A program made the translations under genes and the position numbers. From the NCBI GenBank assembly GCA_963822965.1, contig CAWGJT010000006.1:160001-224000 (forward strand): DNA of 64,000 nt. The letters are read 5' to 3'. Shown here piece by piece: positions 48,734-64,000 of this stretch. This DNA comes from an uncultured delta proteobacterium (lineage in GTDB: Bacteria > Myxococcota_A > UBA9160 > UBA4427). The notes under the pieces were generated by a model, which did not search any database, had not been told where the DNA came from, and worked only from the letters and a program-made list of their open reading frames with translations. Position 1 is the stretch's first letter. Each line of letters starts with the position of its first letter.

Positions 48734-50965
48734 TCAGGAGCGCGGCACCGGGACGGGCACCTCGCGGCCGGCGGCCAGGTCTTCCTCGCGGACCGGGACG
48801 CGCCACTCCGCGGCTCCCGCCCGCACCCGGTAGGGGCCCCTGGGCCGGGCGGCAGGGGTCGCCGCCGTCGCCACCGTCGCATAGGGGACTCGCAGGCGGG
48901 CGGTTCCCGCGGCGTCGGCCCGGGCGCGGGTGCGCCAGGGGAAGGTCCTTCCCGTGGGCGTCTCGATCTCGACCTCCGCCAGCACCTCGCTGCCCGGGGG
49001 CTGGCGGGGCACCACGAGGACGGCGCCTTCGACGATCTCGAAGAGCTTGTAGGGGGCAGGGACGAAGGGCTTCGCGACGCCGCGCAGGGCGCCCAGGGGC
49101 ACGCCCTGGGCAGGCGCCTCGGTGACGAGCCGGAAGCGACCCAGGGCGGAGCGGACGTCGGTCGCGCTGCCGTCGCCCCGGTGCAGACGGTGCAGCAGCG
49201 TGGCCGGCGCGCGGCCCTCGTCGGTGGTGACGACGAAGCGCGCGCGCAGCGCCTTCGCCTCCGCGAGGCCCGCCTCCTCGTCCTTCGCAAGATAGAAGCG
49301 GTTCGTGGCGTGCAGGCCGTCGCGGCCCACGTAGGGACCGAAGTTGCCCGCCGGCGTGGGCCGGCGGCCCAGGGCGTTCACGATGAAGCCCAGGGTGGGA
49401 GGCGTGATGATGCCGTAGGCGGGCCGCACGCTCGGGTCCTCGTAGCCCGCCGTCTCGGGTGTGGCTTCACGCAGGGCGTTCACGAAGGCGTGGACACTCT
49501 GGTTGAGACCCAGACCCGGCCGTTTGACGATGACCTCGTAGCCCCGGAGCACCGCGAGGCTCCGCCAGGCGTGGGGTGCGAGCTCGGCAAGGTAGCCCCA
49601 GAAGAGGAGCGGGATCGCGAGCGCGGCCAGCCCTCGCGCGGGCGCCGCCGCCCGCGGCCAGCGCCGCGCGACGGTCCCCACCGCGAAGGCCAGCCCCAGC
49701 GCCAGCCCCACGCTGGCGGCCGGCGCCAGGTCGCTGCCGTAGCGCGCGTTCGAGACGGCGAGCACGCCGAGGAAGACGATCCAGCCCGTCAGGTAGAGCG
49801 CCGCGGCGCGGCGTCCGCTGCCCGGCGGCGACCGGCGCGCCTGGAGCAGCACCGCCAGCGGGACCCCGGGCAGCAGCCAGGCTGCGGCGCCGTACAGCCC
49901 GAGGGGCAGCGAGAAGTCGCTCCACAGGGGCTGCGTCTCGTAGTTGAAGCCGATGAATGGCTCGGCCCGGGTCGCATAGTCGAAGGCAGTGGCCAGGCTC
50001 TCGCGCGCCAGGAAGACGACCCCGATGCCGGCCGCCAGGCCGGCCAGCGACACGACGCCCACCCGCTGCGCGCGCGTCGTCGCCCTCCCCCGCCGCGAGC
50101 GCCAGGCAAGCCAGCCCCGTGCGACCGCCGCCACCGCCGCGAAGGCCAGCAGGACCGCCGGCTGCAGCCACGAGAGCTCGACGGCGGAGAAGCTCCCACC
50201 CCCCGCCGAGTGCGGGAGGCGGAGCGCGAGAGAAGCGAGCGCCGCGGCGAGCGCGCAGCCCGCGGCCTGCCAGCCCAGCAGGTCGCGCCGGTCGCTGGCC
50301 GCGGCGATGGTCACCCCCAGCCCCTCGGCCAGCACGACGTAGAGGATGCTGCCGTGCCACGTGAGCAGCATCGCGACGCGGGACGCGACGAGCAGCGCCT
50401 GCCAGCCGCCCGCCGCGCGCGACCCCGGACGGGATGCCAGGGATGCCGTGTGCCCCAGCAGCAGCAGGGTTGCCACGAGCGACACGGCGGCGTGGTGATC
50501 GGGATCGCCGAGGGACGCGTACTGCACGGCCACCGGCAGCAGCGCGAAGAACGCGACGGCGGCGAGGGCCGTGGCCGGACCGGCCAGCTGCCGCGCGACG
50601 ACGAAGACGGCGAGGGCCGTCAGAAGCGCCAGCACCACCGGCGCCCAGGCCAGCACGTGCTCGAGGCCGCCGCGATCCGCGCCGAGCGCCTTCGCGGCCG
50701 CGGCCAGGGCGAGGTCGTAGAGCGGTGGCCATGGCACCCAGGCGCCTTCGGGAAAGTTCAGGTAGGAGTCGAAGGCCAGGACGCCGGGAAAGTGCTCGAA
50801 CGAATAGCGTGCCCGCCGCGCGTGGTACTGGGCGTCGTCCAGGGCCAGCGCCACGACCGTGCCGCCCCTCGGCGCCCGAACGAACGTGCCCTCGAACCCC
50901 ACGGAACGGATCGCCACCACGGCCCCGCAGAGTCCCACCAGGGCGACGACCCGAGCCCACCTCAC
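48734..50965 (-). CDS. STT3/AglB-like oligosaccharyltransferase with non-canonical WWDYG site
   Basis: DDAQYHARR..FDSYLNFPEG..WPPLYD, GDPDHH, NYETQPL, ~13 TM segments, C-terminal KLFEIVEGA..TGRTF..VPYAT. Confidence 0.85.
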   Translation of the reverse strand: MRWARVVALVGLCGAVVAIRSVGFEGTFVRAPRGGTVVALALDDAQYHARRARYSFEHFPGVLAFDSYLNFPEGAWVPWPPLYDLALAAAAKALGADRGGLEHVLAWAPVVLALLTALAVFVVARQLAGPATALAAVAFFALLPVAVQYASLGDPDHHAAVSLVATLLLLGHTASLASRPGSRAAGGWQALLVASRVAMLLTWHGSILYVVLAEGLGVTIAAASDRRDLLGWQAAGCALAAALASLALRLPHSAGGGSFSAVELSWLQPAVLLAFAAVAAVARGWLAWRSRRGRATTRAQRVGVVSLAGLAAGIGVVFLARESLATAFDYATRAEPFIGFNYETQPLWSDFSLPLGLYGAAAWLLPGVPLAVLLQARRSPPGSGRRAAALYLTGWIVFLGVLAVSNARYGSDLAPAASVGLALGLAFAVGTVARRWPRAAAPARGLAALAIPLLFWGYLAELAPHAWRSLAVLRGYEVIVKRPGLGLNQSVHAFVNALREATPETAGYEDPSVRPAYGIITPPTLGFIVNALGRRPTPAGNFGPYVGRDGLHATNRFYLAKDEEAGLAEAKALRARFVVTTDEGRAPATLLHRLHRGDGSATDVRSALGRFRLVTEAPAQGVPLGALRGVAKPFVPAPYKLFEIVEGAVLVVPRQPPGSEVLAEVEIETPTGRTFPWRTRARADAAGTARLRVPYATVATAATPAARPRGPYRVRAGAAEWRVPVREEDLAAGREVPVPVPRS

Positions 50966-51010
50966 GCGAACGAAGCGCCCCGGAGACGCGAGCGCGAATC
51001 GCGGAAGGAA

Positions 51011-51084
51011 TGGGCGTGCACGGACTCGAACCGCGGACCCTCTCGGTGTAAGCGAGATGCTCTAGCCAGCTGAGCTACACGCCC
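51011..51084 (-). tRNA. tRNA-Val(TAC), CCA not encoded
   Basis: GGGCGTGTAGCTCAGCTGGCTAGAGCATCTCGCT-TAC-ACCGAGA...GGTTCGAGTCC. Confidence 0.96.
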
Positions 51085-51135
51085 AAAGGATCCCACGCGA
51101 GCCCTCTCGAGGCGCTCGAGGCGAGAACCAGCGGG

Positions 51136-53619
<2,484 letters not shown>

Positions 53620-53655
53620 TCTCACCCCCAACCGGGTTTGCGGACCGGTACCGCC

Positions 53656-54903
<1,248 letters not shown>

Positions 54904-54952
54904 CGTCGACTTCTCTCTTTTGGGTTCTCTCTCGGATCGTGAAAGACAGCCT

Positions 54953-55618
54953 TCAAGAGAGCGGCACCCCTTCTCCGCTCTCGGCGCCACGGCCCTTCGG
55001 CCCGGTGCGCAGCTTGCCCCCATTCACCTTCACGGCCGGGCGCCGGCTCGCCACCTGGTCGACGATGCCGTAGTCCTTCGCTTCGGCCGCCGACATATAG
55101 TAGTCGCGCTCGGTATCCTTCGCGATCTGCTCCGCCGTGCGTCCCGTGTGCTCCGCGAGGATCTCGTGCATGCGCTCGCGCATCTTGAGGATCTCCCGCG
55201 CCTGGATGTCGATGTCCACCGCCTGCCCCCGGGCACCGCCCATCGGCTGGTGGATCATGATGCGCGAGTTGGTGAGGGCCACGCGGCGGCCGGGGGTTCC
55301 GGCGGCCAGCAGCAGCGCCCCCATGGAGGCGGCCTGACCGATGCAGGTGGTCTCGATCTGCGGGCGCACGAACTGCATCGTGTCGTAGATGGCCCAGCCG
55401 GCCGTCACGCTGCCCCCCGGCGAGTTGATGTAGAGGTGGATGTCCTTGTCGGGATCCTCGGCCTCGAGGAAGAGGAGCTGCGCGACGATCACGTTGGCGA
55501 CGTCGTCGTTGACCTCCGCGCCGAGGAAGATCACGCGGTCGCGCAGCAGCCGCGAATAGATGTCGAAGACACGCTCGCCACGCTGGCTCTGCTCGATGAC
55601 GTACGGAATCAACGGCAT
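54953..55618 (-). CDS. clpP: Clp protease proteolytic subunit
   Basis: [37 protein letters not shown]. Confidence 0.98.
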   Translation of the reverse strand: MPLIPYVIEQSQRGERVFDIYSRLLRDRVIFLGAEVNDDVANVIVAQLLFLEAEDPDKDIHLYINSPGGSVTAGWAIYDTMQFVRPQIETTCIGQAASMGALLLAAGTPGRRVALTNSRIMIHQPMGGARGQAVDIDIQAREILKMRERMHEILAEHTGRTAEQIAKDTERDYYMSAAEAKDYGIVDQVASRRPAVKVNGGKLRTGPKGRGAESGEGVPLS

Positions 55619-55917
55619 CTCTGGGCTCCTGGCTTCCCCGTTCCGATGGTAGACGACTTCGAAAGCACGAGTGAATCGCCCGACCGACACCTTCGTCGGC
55701 CTCTGGTGGTTACGGCGTTCCTGCGGGGGGGCGAGAGAGGTTTTAGCATCTTTGCCGGGGCGTCACCCGCGCCCTTCGATGCCGCGGGACGGCCGGTCGC
55801 CTCCGGGCCGGGCGCAGCCGGATTTCGCTCGGAACGGCCGCCCGTGTCGCGCGCTCCTGCCGGCTGCCTGCTCGTTGCGGAGCGCCCGCCGGCCCGAACG
55901 GGAACGCGCGGCGGCGC

Positions 55918-57240
55918 TCACTCGGACGCGGCCGTCTCCTCGACCTCCGCGTGCTCGGCCAGCAGGTCGAGGGCTTTCTGGTCCACCAGCTCCGAGCGGA
56001 TCGCCTCGTGCCAGCCCTGCTCGTGCGCAATCTTGCGGAGCTGTGCGGGCGGCATGCCACGGCCCTCGGCCATCTCGTCGAGCCGGGCGTGCACGTCCTC
56101 GTCCGTGGCCTCGATCTTCTCGGCCCGGGCCACGGCCTCCAGCAGGAAGGCCTCGCGCACGCGACGACTCGCCGCCTCCCGGCCATCCTCGGCCATTCGA
56201 ACGAGCTGGGACTGGAGCACCTCCGGCGGAAGCTGGTGCTCGTACTCCCGGCGGAACGACGCGATCTGGTGCTGGAGCTGGCGCTCGACGATGCCCGGCG
56301 GCACCTCGAAATCGGTCCGCTCGATGAGGACGTCCATGACGCTCCGTCGCAGCATCGAGTCGGCGGCGCGCTGGCGTTCGCTGCGCAGGTCGCTGCGGAT
56401 GCGCTCCCGCAGCTCATCCAGGCTCTCGAAGTCGCCCACGTCCTTGGCGAACTCGTCGTCGAGGTCGGGCAGCTTCCGCTTCTTGACGGCTTCGACGTGG
56501 ACGTCGAAGACCGCGTGCTTGCCCGCCAGCTGCTCGTTGCCGTAGTCGCCCGGGAAGTCGATCGCCACCTCGCGGTCCTCTCCGGCCACCGCGCCCTCGA
56601 GCTGCTCTTCGAAGCCGGGCACGAAACGACCCGAGCCCAGCTCGATCTCGTGTCCCTGGGCGCTGCCTCCCTCGAACGGCTCGCCGTCGACCCGGCCCAC
56701 GAAGTCGATGGTGACGAAGTGCCCGGAGGCGGCCGCGGTGCCCTCGGGCTCCTCGACCAGGGGTGCGCTCCGCTCGCGCAGGGTCTCGAGCTGGCGCAGC
56801 ACCTCGTCCTCCCCCACCTCGACGGCCGGACGCTGCGCCGGCAGTCCCCGGGTGTCCGGCAGCTCGATCTCGGGCTTCAGCTCGATGCGGGCCTGGTAGA
56901 CGAAGTCCGCACCCGGCTCGGGACGCCCGGCCTCGATATCCGGCTCCACCAGGGGCTCGACGCCGGCCAGCTCGATGGCGTCTCGCAGCGTCTCGCTCAC
57001 GAGCTGCCGCTCGATCTCGTCGGGGATCGAGGCGCCGTACAGGCGCTCGAGCACCGGGCGCGGCGCCTTGCCCGGCCGAAAGCCCTTCACGCGGGCCTCC
57101 TTCCGGAGATTCTTGTAGGTGCGGTCGAAGGTACGGTCCACCCGGGCCTTGGAGACCGTCACGGAGAGCACCTTCACCACGGGACTCTCTTCGGTCACCT
57201 CGACGCGGATGTGACCGTCACTCGATTCGAAGCCAGTCAT
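55918..57240 (-). CDS. tig: trigger factor
   Basis: GFRPGKAP signature, FKBP domain VTIDFVG..FEGG..FVPGFEEQL; upstream of clpP. Confidence 0.96.
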   Translation of the reverse strand: MTGFESSDGHIRVEVTEESPVVKVLSVTVSKARVDRTFDRTYKNLRKEARVKGFRPGKAPRPVLERLYGASIPDEIERQLVSETLRDAIELAGVEPLVEPDIEAGRPEPGADFVYQARIELKPEIELPDTRGLPAQRPAVEVGEDEVLRQLETLRERSAPLVEEPEGTAAASGHFVTIDFVGRVDGEPFEGGSAQGHEIELGSGRFVPGFEEQLEGAVAGEDREVAIDFPGDYGNEQLAGKHAVFDVHVEAVKKRKLPDLDDEFAKDVGDFESLDELRERIRSDLRSERQRAADSMLRRSVMDVLIERTDFEVPPGIVERQLQHQIASFRREYEHQLPPEVLQSQLVRMAEDGREAASRRVREAFLLEAVARAEKIEATDEDVHARLDEMAEGRGMPPAQLRKIAHEQGWHEAIRSELVDQKALDLLAEHAEVEETAASE

Positions 57241-57263
57241 GAGGATCTCGCTGCGCAGGAGGT

Positions 57264-57349
57264 TGGTACCGGGGACAGGACTCGAACCTGCACGTCCAAG
57301 GGACGGTGGCTCCTAAGGCCACTGCGTCTACCAGTTCCGCCACCCCGGC
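57264..57349 (-). tRNA. tRNA-Leu(TAG)
   Basis: GCCGGGGTGGCGGAACTGGTAGACGCAGTGGCCT-TAG-GAGCCAC, long variable arm, CCA end. Confidence 0.96.
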
Positions 57350-57430
57350 AGGCGGATTCGGACCTTAGCAGAAGCCCGGCCCCTCCCCCGGCGGCTCCGG
57401 AGCGATGCCCCGCGGAAGTGCTCCCAGGAC

Positions 57431-57459
57431 TTGCCCCTCGCGCGGCAGGCTTCTAAGGT
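57431..57459 (+). promoter_or_regulatory. sigma70 promoter of tRNA-Lys
   Basis: TTGCCC-N17-TAAGGT followed by a GC-rich discriminator. Confidence 0.55.
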
Positions 57460-57465
57460 CCGCCC

Positions 57466-57541
57466 GGGCGCGTAGCTCAATTGGCAGAGCAAGGGACTCT
57501 TAATCCCTAGGTTCGGGGTTCGATTCCCCGCGCGCTCACCA
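57466..57541 (+). tRNA. tRNA-Lys(CTT)
   Basis: GGGCGCGTAGCTCAATTGGCAGAGCAAGGGACT-CTT-AATCCCT...GGTTCGATTCC...ACCA, 76 nt. Confidence 0.97.
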
Positions 57542-57625
57542 GGTCGCTCTGCCGCACGACGGGGACACCAGCGAGCAGCAGGCAGCCAGCCGGGCAGCTC
57601 TCCCCGCCTCGTCGCGGGCCGGCAC

Positions 57626-61326
<3,701 letters not shown>

Positions 61327-61332
61327 GACCGC

Positions 61333-62922
61333 CTACCGCGCAGGCGGCGCGGCAGAGACCGGACCAGCGCACGCGTGGCGTCGTCGCCGAAGACGACAAG
61401 GCCGGCTCCCGCCGACCGCCGCGAACACGCCGCCGCCCAGCACCAGGTCGAGCCCGGCCGCCAGACGACCGGCGCCGCCGGTCTGCACCTGGCTGGCCGC
61501 CAGCGCCGCCGCTCCGGCGATCGCGACGCTGCGCAGCCCGGCCCCCAGCAGCGGCAGCAGCGGGGGCGTGCCGTGCAGCATCCGCGCCCACACCACGGTG
61601 GCCCCGGCGTTCACCGCCATGGCGATCACCCCGGCGGCCGCCAGGCCCTCGACCCCGCGGCTCTCGCGCAGGATCAGGTAGACGGGGATCACCGCCAGGG
61701 CGACCACCGTCCCGAGGATCATCGGGCGCCAGGTGTCCTCGCGCGCGTAGAAGGCCCGGCTCGCCACCTGCTGGACGATCCAGGCGGGCGTCGCGATGGA
61801 CATCACCGCCAGCAGGTGGGAGACGTTGCGCGCGGCCTCGGCGTCGAAGCGTCCCTGGCGGAAGAAGAAGTCCACGATCGGACCGGACAGCACGAACATC
61901 GCCGCCGCGGCCATCGTGCCGAGCCCGAGGGCCACCCGCAGCGAGCGCCCGAGCACGTCGTCGAGCTCGGCGGTGCGCCCGCTCGACCACAGGTTCGAGA
62001 GCACCGGCAGCGCCGCCGCCCCGATCGCCTGGCCGATCACGCCCACCGGCACCATGAAGAGCTTCCTCGCGTAGCCGAGATACGAGACGCTGCCCGCCGC
62101 GAGCGCCGCGCCCAGGTACTTCTCGTACCACTCGTCCACCGTCGCCAGCGAGATCCCCAGCATCAGCGGCGCCGCGATCCACAGGTAGCGCCCCAGGTCG
62201 CGGTCCCAGAAGGCGACCCGCGCGCCGCACCGCGCGCACCTGGCGCAGGTCGTAGAGGGGCACCAGCCAGTTGCCCAGGATCGCGCCGGCGAGCACCCCC
62301 CAGGCGAATCCCTCCACGTCGCCGGTGATGCAGGCCGCCCGGCGATCACGCAGCCGTTGTAGAGCAGCGGCGCCGCCGCCTGGGCGCCGAAGCGGCCGTG
62401 CGCCATCAGCACGGCGCGCAGGATGCCGCCCGTCACGAAGAAGACCTGGGCGGGCAGCATGATCCAGGTGAGGCGCAGGGTGAGCGCCTGGATCTCCGGG
62501 TCGAAGCGCGTGAGCTGCGAGGCGACGATGTCCTCGGCGAACCAGGCGAGCACCGCGGTTCCCAGCACCGCCAGCAGGCCCAGGGTGCCGAGGATGGTCG
62601 CGAACAGGTGGCCCGCCGCCGCCTCGCCCCGCTGCTCGCGCACCCGCGTGTAGAACGGGATGAACGCGATCGCGAGGGCGCCGCCCGCCAGCAGGTAGTT
62701 GAGCAGATCGGGCAGCAGGAAGGCGATGAAGTAGGCGTCGGTCTCCGGGCCCGCACCCGCCCGGTTGGCGAGCACGAGATCGCGCACGTAGCCCGAGATG
62801 CGCGACAGGAAGACGCTCGCGGCGAGCAGCACCGCCACGGCGCCCAGACGCGACGACTCCGCCCGGCTCGACGCCCCCGGGCGACCCGCGGACTGCCCTG
62901 CCCCGCCGGACGCTTCGCTCAC
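61333..62922 (-). CDS. murJ: lipid II flippase MurJ (MviN); compensating indels near 62230-62340
   Basis: [48 protein letters not shown]. Confidence 0.9.
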   Translation of the reverse strand: MSEASGGAGQSAGRPGASSRAESSRLGAVAVLLAASVFLSRISGYVRDLVLANRAGAGPETDAYFIAFLLPDLLNYLLAGGALAIAFIPFYTRVREQRGEAAAGHLFATILGTLGLLAVLGTAVLAWFAEDIVASQLTRFDPEIQALTLRLTWIMLPAQVFFVTGGILRAVLMAHGRFGAQAAAPLLYNGCVIAGRPASPATWRDSPGGCSPARSWATGWCPSTTCARCARCGARVAFWDRDLGRYLWIAAPLMLGISLATVDEWYEKYLGAALAAGSVSYLGYARKLFMVPVGVIGQAIGAAALPVLSNLWSSGRTAELDDVLGRSLRVALGLGTMAAAAMFVLSGPIVDFFFRQGRFDAEAARNVSHLLAVMSIATPAWIVQQVASRAFYAREDTWRPMILGTVVALAVIPVYLILRESRGVEGLAAAGVIAMAVNAGATVVWARMLHGTPPLLPLLGAGLRSVAIAGAAALAASQVQTGGAGRLAAGLDLVLGGGVFAAVGGSRPCRLRRRRHACAGPVSAAPPAR

Positions 62923-62975
62923 GATTCCCCCCCGGCGGCATTATGGGACGGACGGACCGCTTCTGCCGGCGGAGA

Positions 62976-64000
62976 TCACGAGCGGGGGTTGGGCTCCTTC
63001 CACAGGTCGCCGGTCCAGGCCTCCACGACGAAGTCGTCCCCCTGCGCGGCCGCGCACCCAGGGATGGTCCAGCGGCACCTTGCCGAACGGCGTATCGAGC
63101 ACGTACTGGGGAATCGCGAAGCCGCTGGTGCGACCGCGCAGCGCGCGGAACAGCTCGATGCCCTTCTCGATGGGCGTCCGGAAGTGGGCGGTGCCCTCGA
63201 GCAGCTGGGCCTGGTAGCAGTAGTACGGCCGCACGCGCATCCGCACCAGGGTCTCGCACAGCTCCTTCATGGTGGCCTCGTCGTCGTTGATGCCGGCGAG
63301 CAGCACGCTCTGGTTGCCGACCGGGACGCCCGCCCGCAGCAGCCGGTCGCACGCCAGGGCAGCGGCGTCGGTGAGCTCGCGGGGATGGTTGAAGTGCGTG
63401 TTCAGCCAGATCGGGATGATGCCGGGCCAGCAGCTCGCACAGGGCGTCGGTCACCCGGTACGGCAGGGTCACCGGCAGCCGGGTGCCGAGCCGGATGATG
63501 TCCACGTGCGGGATCTCGCGCAGGCGCTCCAGGATCCAGCCGAGACGCGCGTCCGAGTAGGTGAGCGGGTCGCCGCCGGTGAGCAGCACGTCGCGGATCT
63601 CGGGGGTCGCGCGCGATCCAGTCGAGCGCCTCCTGGAGCTCGCGCTTCTTCATGGTCCACTCGAGGTCGCCCACCATGCGCTTGCGCAGGCAGAAGCGGC
63701 AGTAGAGCGCGCACTCGTTGTTCACGCAGAACGCGATGCGGTCGGGATAGACGCGGATCACGTTCTTGACCGGCGAGTGGGCCACCTCGTCGAGGGGATC
63801 CGCGAGCCCCGCCGTGTCGAGGGCCTCGACGGACCGGGGCACCACCTGGCGCCGCAGCGGGACAGGTCGGGATCGTCGGGGTCCATCAGGGAGGCGTAGT
63901 AGGGAGTGATCACGAAGTGGAAGCGATCCGAGAGCTGCTCGATGGCCCGGATCTCGTCCGGCACCGGGTGCACGTAGCGGGCCAGGTCCTCGGCCGTGCG
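62976..64000 (-). CDS. KamA family radical SAM protein (lysine 2,3-aminomutase-like); 5' end outside window; indels
   Basis: [20 protein letters not shown] (CxxxCxxC), [31 protein letters not shown]. Confidence 0.9.

Noticed and set aside
54953..55045. Unusual C-terminal extension on ClpP
   Set aside because: Short, low-complexity, and could result from an indel near the true stop

Overview
High-GC bacterial DNA, probably Myxococcota or a related deltaproteobacterium (inferred from gene content and order). It carries many single-base indels that look like long-read errors, since they also hit lon and murJ. The right ~15.5 kb is core genome: KamA-like radical SAM, murJ, fused hydantoinase/oxoprolinase, tRNA-Lys, tRNA-Leu, tig-clpP-clpX-lon, tRNA-Val, an AglB/STT3-type oligosaccharyltransferase and tRNA-Asp. 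Everything 3' of tRNA-Asp (1-48.5 kb) looks like a mosaic stress/storage island with no integrase visible. It holds Fpg/Nei + DUF72, WS/DGAT, groES-groEL, trkH-trkA, csbD, hydrolases, BON-MscS and CNNM, then a 31-kb minus-strand run: cyclic beta-1,2-glucan synthase #2, pgm remnant, transaldolase, stress protein, ackA remnant, phosphoketolase, a nine-gene Na+-type N-ATPase operon, USP and cyclic beta-1,2-glucan synthase #1. The most notable observations are: (i) related AT-rich TGCTTGAT/ATCAAGCA motif clusters with inward-facing sigma70 promoters bracketing a 44.5-kb block, each next to a 5'-truncated gene; (ii) a 45-bp inverted copy of a hydrolase gene's own 5' end located just downstream of that gene; (iii) an intact AglB-like transferase with PPTLG in place of WWDYG, inserted between tRNA-Val and tRNA-Asp; (iv) several genes reduced to internally deleted scraps (pgm, ackA and others). 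All family assignments come from motif recognition by eye, not database searches.
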